DNA of 64,000 bases from Escherichia phage B9-1: the sequence record OQ420740.1. One strand, given 5' to 3'. The notes under the pieces are model-generated. The model had not been told where the DNA came from and did not search any database. It worked only from the letters and a program-made list of their open reading frames with translations. Numbering within the stretch: position 1 is the stretch's first letter; every line of letters begins with the position of its first letter. Positions 44,516 through 55,108 of the stretch are shown here, in pieces. A program made the position numbers and the translations under genes.

Positions 44516-45513
44516 TGGCAGAGTACAGACGTAGAACATGGCGATTATTATTTGGTCGTCCTGTAGAGCATGGCGGTAAATCAAAAACCAATATCCCAAA
44601 ATCTGTTGAAAAGAAAGGAGAGAGTGATTCCGGAGTTTATGAGATTAGCTCGGACACTGGTGCTGCCAATATAGAGTTTGACATACAAAAGGACAATACC
44701 AAAGAGCCAAACAAAGGCTATGTGACAGTTTACAACCTGTCTGACGATACAGTTAACTATCTGGATATGCATCAAGCTGATGCTCTTGCAGTTATGTTTG
44801 AGGCTGGCTATGATAATGAGAACCAGTTGATATTCTCAGGAACTGTAGAGTTTGTTGAGGACAGATGGGAAGGTCCGACCAGAAAAACTAAGTTCATCTT
44901 TGGGGATGGCACTGAGAACATCATTAAGTGCCAAAGCACAAGGTCTTATCAGAAAGGTACACCTCTGAACTCTGTGCTTAATGACCTGCTGAAGGATATG
45001 AACTTGCCAAAAGGCAGGGTTGTTGGTTTTGGAAACCAGACTTTACAATACTCTATGGCTTTCTCTGGGAACACTGCAGAGAACCTCCGCAGGTTTGCAA
45101 GGCTGACAAACTCAACATTCAGCGTTCAGGACGGTGCTCTATATTGGACCAAGGTTGGAAAAAGGTTCAAGGACTCTGTATTTGAAATAAGTGCAGAGTC
45201 TGGGATGCACGGATCACCCACACCTAAAAACCCAGAACCTGCTAAAAAACGAAAAGCTAAAGCTGCTGCGAAAGGTGGCACAAGTAAGAAAAAGAAAAAC
45301 CCGAGAGAGGATGTTGGTCTTACTGTAACCACATGTCTTAACGGGGCTATCCTCCCAGAGTCCACCATTTATCTTAAAAGCAGGCAATACACAGGCTTCT
45401 ATAAGGTGATCACAGTCCATCATAAGGGCACCATAGAAGGCGGTGATTACACTACAGAGCTTGGCCTTGGGGAAACAATAGGTGGAGTTGTTGACAAAAC
45501 TGAGGAGGTATAA
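44515..45513 (+). CDS. tail/baseplate protein (putative)
   Basis: 332 aa with a basic stretch 'KKRKAKAAAKGGTSKKKK'. Confidence 0.3.
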   Translation: MAEYRRRTWRLLFGRPVEHGGKSKTNIPKSVEKKGESDSGVYEISSDTGAANIEFDIQKDNTKEPNKGYVTVYNLSDDTVNYLDMHQADALAVMFEAGYDNENQLIFSGTVEFVEDRWEGPTRKTKFIFGDGTENIIKCQSTRSYQKGTPLNSVLNDLLKDMNLPKGRVVGFGNQTLQYSMAFSGNTAENLRRFARLTNSTFSVQDGALYWTKVGKRFKDSVFEISAESGMHGSPTPKNPEPAKKRKAKAAAKGGTSKKKKNPREDVGLTVTTCLNGAILPESTIYLKSRQYTGFYKVITVHHKGTIEGGDYTTELGLGETIGGVVDKTEEV

Positions 45514-46190
45514 TGGCAATAAATAGGAAAGATGCTGCTGTAAGATCCTTTATAGAAAAAATAATGAGGGACTACCACACCAGTATCAGGGCCAGAGTTG
45601 TCAGTGTAGATTACAGTATCCCTTCTGCAGCCGTGCAGCCGATAGCTGAAACCACGTTTGATGACGGAGATGTTGAGAGATACCCTCTTATCTATGATGT
45701 TCCAATCCAGGTGATGTCTGCAAACAGTGGGAAGGCAAGGTTAACACTACCAATTAAGGCTGGGGATGTTGTAGGGTTGCAGTTTTCAGAGAGAAATGAA
45801 AACAATAACGATGATCAACAAACTCACGGCCTATTTCCAGGGTGGGCAATAACCTCTGTTCATTCAGACTCGAATGCTTTGCAGATCGATCCTGATAATG
45901 TAGAGTTATGGAATGATAGGGTTTATTTTAAGCTAACACCCTCTGGTGATTTTGAGCTTCAAACACCTGGTGGGACATTACGGTGCGACAGTAGCGGGGA
46001 GTTTTCTTTCACCAACGGGGCTGCCAATTTACGAGCTGCTGTGGATGGAAATATCAGAATGAATGGTGCCACAATAGACCCATCAGGTAGAATTATAACG
46101 GCTGCTGGTGTGGATTTGGACTCATTCTATGCAGAATATAAAGGTCATACCCACTCTTGCCCTGATGGCGAGACAAGTGGACCGCACTAA
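45513..46190 (+). CDS. baseplate spike/hub-like protein (putative)
   Basis: 225 aa; C-terminal 'HTHSCPDGETSGPH' metal-site-like tip; call by position. Confidence 0.3.
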   Translation: MAINRKDAAVRSFIEKIMRDYHTSIRARVVSVDYSIPSAAVQPIAETTFDDGDVERYPLIYDVPIQVMSANSGKARLTLPIKAGDVVGLQFSERNENNNDDQQTHGLFPGWAITSVHSDSNALQIDPDNVELWNDRVYFKLTPSGDFELQTPGGTLRCDSSGEFSFTNGAANLRAAVDGNIRMNGATIDPSGRIITAAGVDLDSFYAEYKGHTHSCPDGETSGPH

Positions 46191-46202
46191 TAGAGGGCTT
46201 GA

Positions 46203-46919
46203 ATGGCTACGCTTTATAGTGATATATTGATGGACCCACAGACAGGTGATTTGGCGATAGACAAAGGTCTTGAGTTGATAGATTCAAACCAAGTAAGTCT
46301 GCGCCAGCGCCTGTGGATGAGGTTTAATACATGGAAGGGGAGCTGGTACTTTGATGAGTTGTTTGGCTTCCCTTATATGGACTTTCTCAGTAAGAAGGTC
46401 ATGAAGACTGTTCTTGATAACAAGATTATGGAAGTGGCAAGACAAGAGCCAGATGTGCTAAACATCATAAACTTCCAGTCCACTATGGATCGAAGATCGA
46501 GGACATACCAAGCGTTCTTTGAGGTTGTTACCAAGGAGAACGAGATTGTAAGGCTGGCTTTCGTAGGTCTTGATCAGTTTACCTACCCACAGCCTGATGA
46601 CGGGGCAACCTCTCTTTGTGATGATGAAGGTTGGATTAAGTGGGCTAATAAACTGTACTACCTGATCAACTTCAGATTGCCTAGAACTGGAGATGCTACG
46701 TGGTGGAACCAGTATGCTGGTCCTGAGATGGAAAACCCGATCCCTGTAGGTTCTCTGTTGACTCAGGATAAAGATCTGCTGATGACTGATGCAGAACAAA
46801 CCATTAACCGCAATACCTGGACGCTTGCTCCAGATGAGCGCGAATATTCTGGTGTTATTGCTACCTCTAATGATGAGGCTATTGCCAACCAGTCTGGTCG
46901 TGCTATTGATGTTAACTAA
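46203..46919 (+). CDS. baseplate wedge-like protein (gp25/W-like N-terminus, tentative)
   Basis: 238 aa; N-terminal 'LIDSNQVSLRQRLWMRFNTWKGSWYFDELFGFPY' resembles the gpW/gp25 pattern. Confidence 0.3.
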   Translation: MATLYSDILMDPQTGDLAIDKGLELIDSNQVSLRQRLWMRFNTWKGSWYFDELFGFPYMDFLSKKVMKTVLDNKIMEVARQEPDVLNIINFQSTMDRRSRTYQAFFEVVTKENEIVRLAFVGLDQFTYPQPDDGATSLCDDEGWIKWANKLYYLINFRLPRTGDATWWNQYAGPEMENPIPVGSLLTQDKDLLMTDAEQTINRNTWTLAPDEREYSGVIATSNDEAIANQSGRAIDVN

Positions 46920-46928
46920 GGAGAAATC

Positions 46929-47597
46929 ATGGCTGTAGCTTATCCTACAATACCAATCCCAGATCTTGAAGATGCAGAAACAGTCTTGAGTGATGACTTC
47001 TTGGTTGTCAACCAGACTGACGGGACAAGAAAGGCTAAGATTGATGATGTTGTCAATGATCTTAGCATTACTAAAATAGTTTATTTCACAGAGGGCGGTT
47101 ATCTTAAGAGCAAGAAGGATTTTGCTTATGATCCGGAAACTAAGCGCTACTACACATGGAATGGAGATTATCCTAAAATAATCCTCCCGGATTCTACTGT
47201 AGAGGGTGCCGGAGGTGTGTCTGCAAAAGCATGGTCTGTTTTTGGAGAGCTTGCTGCAACTTCTTCAGGTAGGATAGTTGATTACGGCTCTATTGGTGGT
47301 CAACTTGACATGGATCTTGACGTTGCAGACACGTTTAAAGTTCGGCTCACTTCAAACACCACAATCTCTTTTGAAAATCAAACAGAAGGGCTCGACGGAG
47401 TGGCAAGAACTATAACTGTATGCATAACGCAGACCTCGGGTGGTAACAAAGTTTATTGGCCTGACAATGTTAAATGGGCCTACGGAAGAGATCCTATCCT
47501 AACATTTACAGCTGGTGCAACAGACATTTTCAAGTTGGAAACATATGATAATGGACTAACTTGGTACGGGGCACTGATCATCGCAGGAGCTATCTAA
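46929..47597 (+). CDS. tail fiber-related protein sharing an N-terminal domain with the 1479-aa fiber
   Basis: 222 aa; 'LVVNQTDGTRKAKIDDVV...FTEGGYLKSKKDFAYDPE' parallels 'LVVQQPDLTRRVKIGDVV...FKEGGKLNGPMDFAYFEE' in ORF 50232-54671. Confidence 0.4.
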   Translation: MAVAYPTIPIPDLEDAETVLSDDFLVVNQTDGTRKAKIDDVVNDLSITKIVYFTEGGYLKSKKDFAYDPETKRYYTWNGDYPKIILPDSTVEGAGGVSAKAWSVFGELAATSSGRIVDYGSIGGQLDMDLDVADTFKVRLTSNTTISFENQTEGLDGVARTITVCITQTSGGNKVYWPDNVKWAYGRDPILTFTAGATDIFKLETYDNGLTWYGALIIAGAI

Positions 47598-47598
47598 G

Positions 47599-50196
47599 AT
47601 GCGTATTCAACACAACATTGATAACGTATTTCAGATGATCGAGGGGCACAGGAAGTGCCTCGATAACAACACAGGTATTACCAATCTCCCTACACAGAAC
47701 AAACTGGTAAACCAGGATGGACTTATAGCGTCAGGTTGGTCAGGAAGTAAGATAAACAATGATTGGGCAATGCATGAGTCCCAAGCTGTGTTGATTCTGG
47801 GATACATTGAGGCATACAGGGCATCAAAAAGCGATTTTTATCTAGACAGGGCCAAAGAGGCTTGGGAAGCCTACAACAGTCATCTTCTGGGCGTATATGC
47901 AGTAGAAAGTAAAATGCAAAGATTGTCCCACTACCCGTTATCCACAGATGGGGTTCCATCGCATGGTGGGTTTAAAGATGTGGTTGTGTCTTTTAACAAA
48001 GGTAGAGGAAAAATCCCAGCAGGATCCCCGACATGGGGAGAATACTTGGACAAGGCTTTTCAGGCGTATAACGGTGTTTTAGGAAGAAACACTGTAGACT
48101 CTGATGTTTACGGCGGCACAGATGCTAATCCTAATTGGACAACTTCCGGATTAAGTTGGTGGGTTGAGTGGTATATAGCATGGGATGGTAACCGCTATTG
48201 GGCCAACGGTAGCATAGCCGACAGTGGTCATACGTCTGCAGAGTTCGGCACAATCCAACTGCAAGATAAGGGTGTTACAGGCAACCATAAGGTCACCTAT
48301 TGTGTGAGATTGCCTCAAGAGCAGGGAGGATCGGTGATACCTGCTGGATCCCCTGTAATTGTAAATCCTATAAATGTGGTTGCAGACAATCAAGCCCCAG
48401 AGTTAGACGGGGAAGAGATGTGGTGTGACGCTTGCTATCAACTCTATACCTTGACAGGTGAGGAAAAGTATTACACCGCGTTTAAGCAGTCTTACAACAA
48501 GCTGCTTAATTTCAGTGATATAAATGCCTACGACAAACTGTTTAGAAAAACCACGTTAATTAAGGCACCGTTCACGGATGGTACTTGTCTCGTCGCAGGA
48601 ACAGTTCCTGTCATGAGTAGGGACAGTGACGGGTATATCAATTTTAGAATGAACGCTCGCCAGCCTTGCGAAATAATCCAAAAAGGGACTACATACAAAA
48701 TAGGCAGAGATGCTGAAATTGTTATGAATTTCGGAGGGGAAGGGGTTCTGTTCCAGCCACATTTCATCCTTAATGATGGCAACAATAACAAAAAACAGTA
48801 CAGAATAGGTGTCCCTTTCGGAGGAGCAGAGGTAACAGAAACAGTTGCCAAGGTTACTGATTTTGTAGAGGTGGTTGGTAAAGACGGTAACCCATATCTC
48901 TTGCCAAAAGAGGAAAACATTGCCGTAAGCGGTGGCGCTAGTGTTAGTATGCAGTATGATACCGACATTTACAACCACTCTGACAACTTCACCCGTTGCA
49001 ATATAGTAAAAGGCAAAGTAACTTTCAATTTTGGAAGAGAGATTTCTTTAAACTCAGTAACTTATCGATCAGATGATGAGATGGTAAGGGTCAAATTTCT
49101 TGACAAAGACCGTTGGTTATGGTATGCTGATCTATATGCCACTAATGGACAATGGATAACAGAAACTCTTACTCTGGGAGATTTTAAACTAGACCCTACA
49201 CAACCTCATCACACCGAAGAGGAGATTAAACCTTTCTTTGCTAACACCAAAGGGATCACCTCCGTAGATTTCAGTCTGAGCGACAGGCAGATAGGCAATG
49301 GCTTGTTTGATCTGTATTGCGTCAACACACTGCCGCAATTTTATATTGCTGATAGGGATGCTTACCTGATCTGGTTTAGTGTATGGATGGCAAGCAATAC
49401 AGAATCAACCGCTAAGGTTGGCGATTGTTATGTCAGAAACTACAAGCAAGGTGCATACAGGCACACGCCGGGTGTGTTCCCTGCCGGAAAGGTGATAGAT
49501 AAGGAAAATTATCTCTTAGAGGAAAGGCCAAGTTGGCCCTATCCTGGTATGCAATACCCAGCAGTCTACTGCATGGGTGCAGAAAACATAGACCGCCATA
49601 GATTGTCAAATACAATAGGCTTTCTGTATGACTCTCAAGTCTGGTATAACAATACATTTAAGACAGAGGGTCCAGTTGCCTCACGTTATGTATGGCAGAG
49701 AGGTAATGAAGGGTTGACTGGTTGGTGGGAGATGGTAGATAACTCTAAACTCCAGTCAAGATCTTTTGTTGCTGCGTGCCGCACAATATATGAGCTAAAG
49801 AAACATAAAGAGCCTGTTGATGAAAGACTATTCCTGTTCTGCCAGAAATGGGCATGGTTCCTCAACAGATTCCAGTCATCCCATTCAGGAAATTTGCCTA
49901 CAGACTTTAACACCTCTGGTGGATACTCTTATCAAGATAGAGGAGATAGGATGTGGGTGGTAGGTGAATGGCTTGCAGGTTGCTGCTGGCTAGGTCTGTG
50001 CGGGTATTCAGAAACAATACCTCAAATAGATATTGTTGTAGAAGCCTGTATGAAGCTACTGCAAAAGCACCACTTTATTAATGGGGATAATGTTTTAAAT
50101 GGCTGCTGGGCAGTTTCTGATCCGGTAGGCTATCACTCTGGCGAAATCCTTCGCGGTCTTGGCCTTTATGCTCAATACCGTGGATTGTACCTTTAA
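47599..50196 (+). CDS. large tail/baseplate protein (putative)
   Basis: 865-aa ORF between the two fiber-related genes. Confidence 0.35.
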   Translation: MRIQHNIDNVFQMIEGHRKCLDNNTGITNLPTQNKLVNQDGLIASGWSGSKINNDWAMHESQAVLILGYIEAYRASKSDFYLDRAKEAWEAYNSHLLGVYAVESKMQRLSHYPLSTDGVPSHGGFKDVVVSFNKGRGKIPAGSPTWGEYLDKAFQAYNGVLGRNTVDSDVYGGTDANPNWTTSGLSWWVEWYIAWDGNRYWANGSIADSGHTSAEFGTIQLQDKGVTGNHKVTYCVRLPQEQGGSVIPAGSPVIVNPINVVADNQAPELDGEEMWCDACYQLYTLTGEEKYYTAFKQSYNKLLNFSDINAYDKLFRKTTLIKAPFTDGTCLVAGTVPVMSRDSDGYINFRMNARQPCEIIQKGTTYKIGRDAEIVMNFGGEGVLFQPHFILNDGNNNKKQYRIGVPFGGAEVTETVAKVTDFVEVVGKDGNPYLLPKEENIAVSGGASVSMQYDTDIYNHSDNFTRCNIVKGKVTFNFGREISLNSVTYRSDDEMVRVKFLDKDRWLWYADLYATNGQWITETLTLGDFKLDPTQPHHTEEEIKPFFANTKGITSVDFSLSDRQIGNGLFDLYCVNTLPQFYIADRDAYLIWFSVWMASNTESTAKVGDCYVRNYKQGAYRHTPGVFPAGKVIDKENYLLEERPSWPYPGMQYPAVYCMGAENIDRHRLSNTIGFLYDSQVWYNNTFKTEGPVASRYVWQRGNEGLTGWWEMVDNSKLQSRSFVAACRTIYELKKHKEPVDERLFLFCQKWAWFLNRFQSSHSGNLPTDFNTSGGYSYQDRGDRMWVVGEWLAGCCWLGLCGYSETIPQIDIVVEACMKLLQKHHFINGDNVLNGCWAVSDPVGYHSGEILRGLGLYAQYRGLYL

Positions 50197-50231
50197 CATA
50201 GGGGGCTGTTTGCCCCCTTTCAGGAGAAAGA

Positions 50232-53200
50232 ATGGCTGATATTAAAGTTGTCAGAATTGAATCTCTTCCTGCCACTACCGCAGTGACAGAGGATGATTAC
50301 CTGGTTGTTCAACAACCAGACCTGACCCGTCGTGTGAAAATTGGCGATGTTGTCCATGTGGATGGGACTGTTTCTCATGTAATCTCCTTTAAGGAAGGTG
50401 GTAAGTTAAACGGCCCAATGGATTTTGCCTACTTCGAAGAGGAAGATCTATACCTGCGTTGGAAAGGCGAATTTCCACACACTGTTCCTGCACTGTCTTC
50501 ACCATATTCTGATGGTGGGATTACCGATGCTGCATGGATGGTATATACAGACCCGTCCTTAAGGGAGGAGCTGGAGTCTACCATTGGTGCGTCTATGATT
50601 ATGACAGCCGAAGGGCAGTCTGTCCAGGATGTAATGGATGTTACTGTTCAGACAGCCAACGATGCTAAAGCACTTGCACAGCGGGTAGATTTTGGTACAG
50701 TACATACTGTGGGCGATGTTGTTCACCTTGTCAACTTTGTTGGCCCTGCAGTTATTGAAGAGGGACGAACCACTAACTATCCTTCCGTAGCAGCTGGTGA
50801 AAAATTTCTGAATGGTGTGGTATCTCGTCGTGATACTACAACTGTTGATGGTATTTTCCGTGGCGCTACTTCCGGAGCCATGTATACCATTGCAGTAACA
50901 AACGGTGTGGTAACAACAAAAAGAATAGCCCTTCGTGATGAATTTAAACGCCTGGAGGCAAATAATCCAACAAGAACAGTTATCCGTGCTGGGGATGATG
51001 TAAACACAGCAGGGTACTTGCAGCTTGATGCAACAGGCCGTTGGGGTATGTGGAACCAACAGACAGCTTCGTGGCAACCTCTTGCTATAGAGCAGGGCGG
51101 CACAGGAGCTAGAGATGCCGCAGGTGCACGCATTAACCTAGGTGCTTTCTATAAGCAACGTGCAGCCCTTGAGGCAAATTTCAATATCAATAACCTGACT
51201 GGTAATCAGGATGGTGTATACTACCAGCCTATGACTGCTAATGCAACTGAGGCAAATGGTTACCCTGCGGGTTCTGGTGCGGGTCACCTAATTGTTTGGC
51301 AGAACAATGCTAACGGCGGCACAGGCTGTCGTCAGGAATACTACCCATTCTCTAACGTAGATGTTTGGTATTTGAGAACCTATCAGGCCAACACAAACCA
51401 GTGGACTGCATGGCAGCCGATGGTCAGACCTCGTAACGATGAGACCTTTAGATCGCACATCGGTCTTGGGTCTAGGAATTCTCCTACCTTCGGGCACCTT
51501 TACTTATCTCAAAGTTCTGCTGATGTCAAGTCGGCATCTGGCATTGTTAACGGGGACAAGTACAGTGCTGACGGTGTCCTTGAGCATGGGTATAGGATCT
51601 ATTCCGAGGTAAGAAACGACAATAAGGCGTGGTTAACAATCCACCTGCACAAAGGTGCAAAAGGATCTGAAACTCATAGATATTTAGGTTTCCGCGAAGA
51701 CGGCGTATTAGACTGCCCTAAATACATGCAGGTTGGGGATCTTACTGGTCAGCTGACAAACTGGGGACTCGGAGAATGGATCCGTAGTTCAGGAGCAGAA
51801 AGAGGGTTCTGGGGATCCAAGAAAGCCGCCAAGATGGTCATCTGGGATGGCGGGATGGATGAATCCGGTAATGGTACTCTAGAATGGGGTGTTTATAACA
51901 ACCGGAAGGCCAAGTGGGAACCTTTACCTCAAGCCGCAGGTGGTACTGGGGCTACAACTCTAGCAGATGCTCAGAATCTGTTCAAAGTTCCTATAGCAGC
52001 AGGTGTAAAAGACTTCTTAACACTGCCAAGAACCGCAGGAATGGAAGATGGGAAATACTACCCGATCATCGTCAGAACAGATCCGTACTATGCTCCAGCA
52101 ACTGGCACTGATATTACCATAGTTACCAGATCGTCATCTGGAAATGACCCTATGAACTGTGCTACCTTACAGTGTCACTATAGAACTGGAGGATGGACAG
52201 ACAGAGGAGGCTCTTTCTACGGGGTAGTAAATTTCTACCAGAATGAAAAAGCAATTCTTGGGATGGTTGCTCCAACAAGGGGTAAACAAGAGTATGTTGC
52301 TTTCTATGTGGAGGCTCGTGCTTTCCCTGTCAGCATATACGCAAGTAGAAATGTTGTCGAAGTGTTTACCAGAGAGCAAGATTATCAGGTCGGCTCTGTA
52401 ACAAACAATCAGGACGGTGTTAAGTTCGTTTCACCTCTCCAGTCGGCAGACTTGAATCTTGCTATTCTTGGAGATAACAATACAAACACCAGACCTATTG
52501 TTGACTTCAAAGGCACCTCTGGGTTCTACACTGGCGGCGGCACACAGTGGCACTATATAGGCACTGCTGAGCGCTATGCAGTGATGAGCAAAATGAACAT
52601 GCCAAAAGTCGAGCTATGGGCAGACGGTCTTGACTATTTGTGCTACGGCAGTCCTAGAAAGGCGTTATTCTCTAATGCAGGATTCCAGTGTGCATCAGAC
52701 GGGACAGAAGACCTGACTAACGGTACGTTTACCTCTAAATGCGGTAATGGTGCTGGCCTCAAAGGACAGGCAGAGTTCAGATCTACTCCAGAAGCTGGTC
52801 AAGTTATTGTTCGTGATGTTGTAGGTTCTGCTCACAGATTCTACAATTTCAACAAAGATGGTACTTTCTCAGCACCGGGTGGTTTTGTATGTCATACTGG
52901 TGCAGATTGGAACAATCAGTTCGGGAATAATAATCCGTCCAAAATACTGGCTGGCAATGTCAACGGACCTGAAGGTTCAATGGTTGTTGGCGGGTTGTCT
53001 GTGGCATTTTCTGGAAACTATGCTTTCCAGATGGCAGGCCGTTTAGATCAGCTGTACACCCGTTCCATAGAGCAGGGTAACCACAGAGCGTGGAACAAAG
53101 TTATTCAGCACCGTGGTCAAGGGTTGGGTACTAGTGACCTTAACGATTACAAAGCGGATCGCGAAGGTATTTACCATCAAGAGGCAAATGCCAACGCCAC

Positions 53201-54671
53201 AGCGGAAAGACACTATCCACCAGGGCAGCAGATGGCTGGTACGCTGATCGTGCTTAGAAACTCTGCCAACGAGGGTACTGGGTGTGTCCAGATATATAAA
53301 ATGTATCTTGGTGGGACGTGGGAAAGGTATTATAATAACACTGGCAGTGGGATGAACTGGAGCCCTTGGAAGAGAACTAGCTTCCCAGAAAGTACAACTG
53401 CCCCAGTTATGCCAGATCTGTGGCTACCTTTAACCTCTAACCTGAAACCTGTGTTAGGTGAGGGGGAGATGATCTTCTCCAGACCTTCTACCGCAACCTA
53501 TTTCACTAAGCGTGGTGTTATGGCTGTTGCACAAGCAAACCAACCACGTTTCGAAAGAGATGGGCTGCTTATTGAAGGGCAAAGGACAAACCTAATGCTT
53601 AATAGTGAGGACCCAAGTAAGTGGGGGGCAAGTCAACAGATCACTGTTGGTAGCACTGTAACAAACACTAATGGAACAAAAGGTGCAAGATTTACAGTAA
53701 ACACCATATCCGGTGTAGAAACAACAGCGTTAAACCTAGCTACGGTTCCAGCCACCAGGGGTGCCGATGTAACAGGTGCTGAGAAATTCTGTACTGGGTC
53801 TATTATTGCAAGGGGCGGTAAAGCTCACCAAAGACTGCGTGTAAGATTCGACATGTACGACGGGTCCACCACAGTATTTCAAGGTGATGCTTATGTCAAC
53901 CTGTCAACACTTGAAGTTAAAACAACAGGTGTCGCAGCTGGGAGAATTAAAGTAAAAGCTGAGAGATGGCAAACAGCCGGACCTGCTTGGATAAGAGTTG
54001 TTGCTACGTTTGAGGCAGTGGACTCTGACATGAATATTGGGTGCCAGTTCCAGATTGCCCCACCGGATGGTTCTCAACATGCCGTAGGGGATTGGGTTGA
54101 CGTCGCAATACCTCAGTTTGAGTTAGGATCTTGTGAGTCCTCGTTTATCCCTACAGGGTCTTCACCAGTGACTAGGGCAGCAGACCTTTGTAAATTCCCA
54201 ATGACTGATAATTTAGCACCTAGACCGTTCACCATCGCCGCTACGGTGGATGCCAACTGGAGAGGTTGGGGAAAAGCTCCTAACGCAGCTCCTAGAGTTA
54301 TTGATACAGAGGGCCACCAATCAGGTGCTGCATTTATCATGGGATTTGGCTCTGCAGCAAATATTGCAGAAGATGGTTATCCATATTGTGATATTGGCGG
54401 TTCAAACAGACGTGTCTATGAGATGGCTAAAACACGTAAATTGAAAATTGGGTTCAGGATAAAAGATGACGGTAAAACCTGCTCTTTTGCTAACGGATTG
54501 GTGAGTACGGAAACGCAATCTTCTTGGGAATTCCTGGCAGGAGGCGCTCTCATCCGTCTCGGAGGTCAAACGGCGACAGGTGAAAGACATTTGTTTGGTC
54601 ATATTAAAGATGTAAGAGTTTGGAACTCTGCATTGACCGACACCCAGCTTATGATGGAGAGTGTTGAATAA
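50232..54671 (+). CDS. long tail fiber protein
   Basis: 1479 aa; internal duplicated blocks 'NANATEANGYPAGSGAGHLIVWQNNANGGTGC' and 'EANANATAERHYPPGQQMAGTLIVLRNSANEGTGC', and two 'GGTGA' collar-like motifs. Confidence 0.6.
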   Translation: MADIKVVRIESLPATTAVTEDDYLVVQQPDLTRRVKIGDVVHVDGTVSHVISFKEGGKLNGPMDFAYFEEEDLYLRWKGEFPHTVPALSSPYSDGGITDAAWMVYTDPSLREELESTIGASMIMTAEGQSVQDVMDVTVQTANDAKALAQRVDFGTVHTVGDVVHLVNFVGPAVIEEGRTTNYPSVAAGEKFLNGVVSRRDTTTVDGIFRGATSGAMYTIAVTNGVVTTKRIALRDEFKRLEANNPTRTVIRAGDDVNTAGYLQLDATGRWGMWNQQTASWQPLAIEQGGTGARDAAGARINLGAFYKQRAALEANFNINNLTGNQDGVYYQPMTANATEANGYPAGSGAGHLIVWQNNANGGTGCRQEYYPFSNVDVWYLRTYQANTNQWTAWQPMVRPRNDETFRSHIGLGSRNSPTFGHLYLSQSSADVKSASGIVNGDKYSADGVLEHGYRIYSEVRNDNKAWLTIHLHKGAKGSETHRYLGFREDGVLDCPKYMQVGDLTGQLTNWGLGEWIRSSGAERGFWGSKKAAKMVIWDGGMDESGNGTLEWGVYNNRKAKWEPLPQAAGGTGATTLADAQNLFKVPIAAGVKDFLTLPRTAGMEDGKYYPIIVRTDPYYAPATGTDITIVTRSSSGNDPMNCATLQCHYRTGGWTDRGGSFYGVVNFYQNEKAILGMVAPTRGKQEYVAFYVEARAFPVSIYASRNVVEVFTREQDYQVGSVTNNQDGVKFVSPLQSADLNLAILGDNNTNTRPIVDFKGTSGFYTGGGTQWHYIGTAERYAVMSKMNMPKVELWADGLDYLCYGSPRKALFSNAGFQCASDGTEDLTNGTFTSKCGNGAGLKGQAEFRSTPEAGQVIVRDVVGSAHRFYNFNKDGTFSAPGGFVCHTGADWNNQFGNNNPSKILAGNVNGPEGSMVVGGLSVAFSGNYAFQMAGRLDQLYTRSIEQGNHRAWNKVIQHRGQGLGTSDLNDYKADREGIYHQEANANATAERHYPPGQQMAGTLIVLRNSANEGTGCVQIYKMYLGGTWERYYNNTGSGMNWSPWKRTSFPESTTAPVMPDLWLPLTSNLKPVLGEGEMIFSRPSTATYFTKRGVMAVAQANQPRFERDGLLIEGQRTNLMLNSEDPSKWGASQQITVGSTVTNTNGTKGARFTVNTISGVETTALNLATVPATRGADVTGAEKFCTGSIIARGGKAHQRLRVRFDMYDGSTTVFQGDAYVNLSTLEVKTTGVAAGRIKVKAERWQTAGPAWIRVVATFEAVDSDMNIGCQFQIAPPDGSQHAVGDWVDVAIPQFELGSCESSFIPTGSSPVTRAADLCKFPMTDNLAPRPFTIAATVDANWRGWGKAPNAAPRVIDTEGHQSGAAFIMGFGSAANIAEDGYPYCDIGGSNRRVYEMAKTRKLKIGFRIKDDGKTCSFANGLVSTETQSSWEFLAGGALIRLGGQTATGERHLFGHIKDVRVWNSALTDTQLMMESVE

Positions 54672-55003
54672 TGAATACTTTTACCCTTGGGTTTACTGGT
54701 AGGGAGGATTTTAACGGTTTCATGGACGAAATCGGCTTTTACGAGAATGAGGTGTTGCAAAACACCCTTCTTGTAGAGGTTGTCGGGTTCATTTACACAG
54801 AAACTGAAGACACTTATGAGGCCGAGGATGAGTTTGGCAACATGGTTGTCTACCCAGTTTGCGAGAAAAGTAAATTGTTTTATGTCAACGTTCTGGCTCT
54901 GGACGAAGATGCAGAAAATATCATCTCTAAAAGCGGAAAAATTGTAGATCCGATAAGGTTGAACATGTTCGACCCATCAGTATCTACCTTGGAAGCACTT
55001 TAA
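54671..55003 (+). CDS. hypothetical acidic protein (possible fiber assembly factor)
   Basis: 110 aa, ATGA overlap with the fiber gene stop. Confidence 0.3.
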   Translation: MNTFTLGFTGREDFNGFMDEIGFYENEVLQNTLLVEVVGFIYTETEDTYEAEDEFGNMVVYPVCEKSKLFYVNVLALDEDAENIISKSGKIVDPIRLNMFDPSVSTLEAL

Positions 55004-55016
55004 AGTATAAAGTATT

Positions 55017-55045
55017 GCCCTCGCTTCGGCGAGGGCTTTTTGTTT
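55017..55045 (+). terminator. rho-independent terminator
   Basis: Hairpin gccctcgc-ttcg-gcgagggc followed by 'tttttgtttg'. Confidence 0.8.
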
Positions 55046-55048
55046 GTA

Positions 55049-55077
55049 TTGCGTATTAACTTAAAATCTGGTAAAAT
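55049..55077 (+). promoter_or_regulatory. sigma70-like promoter (TTGCGT-N17-TAAAAT)
   Basis: Extended -10 'tggTAAAAT'. Confidence 0.45.
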
Positions 55078-55108
55078 AACTATCATAATTGTTTAACCTG
55101 GAGGCATA

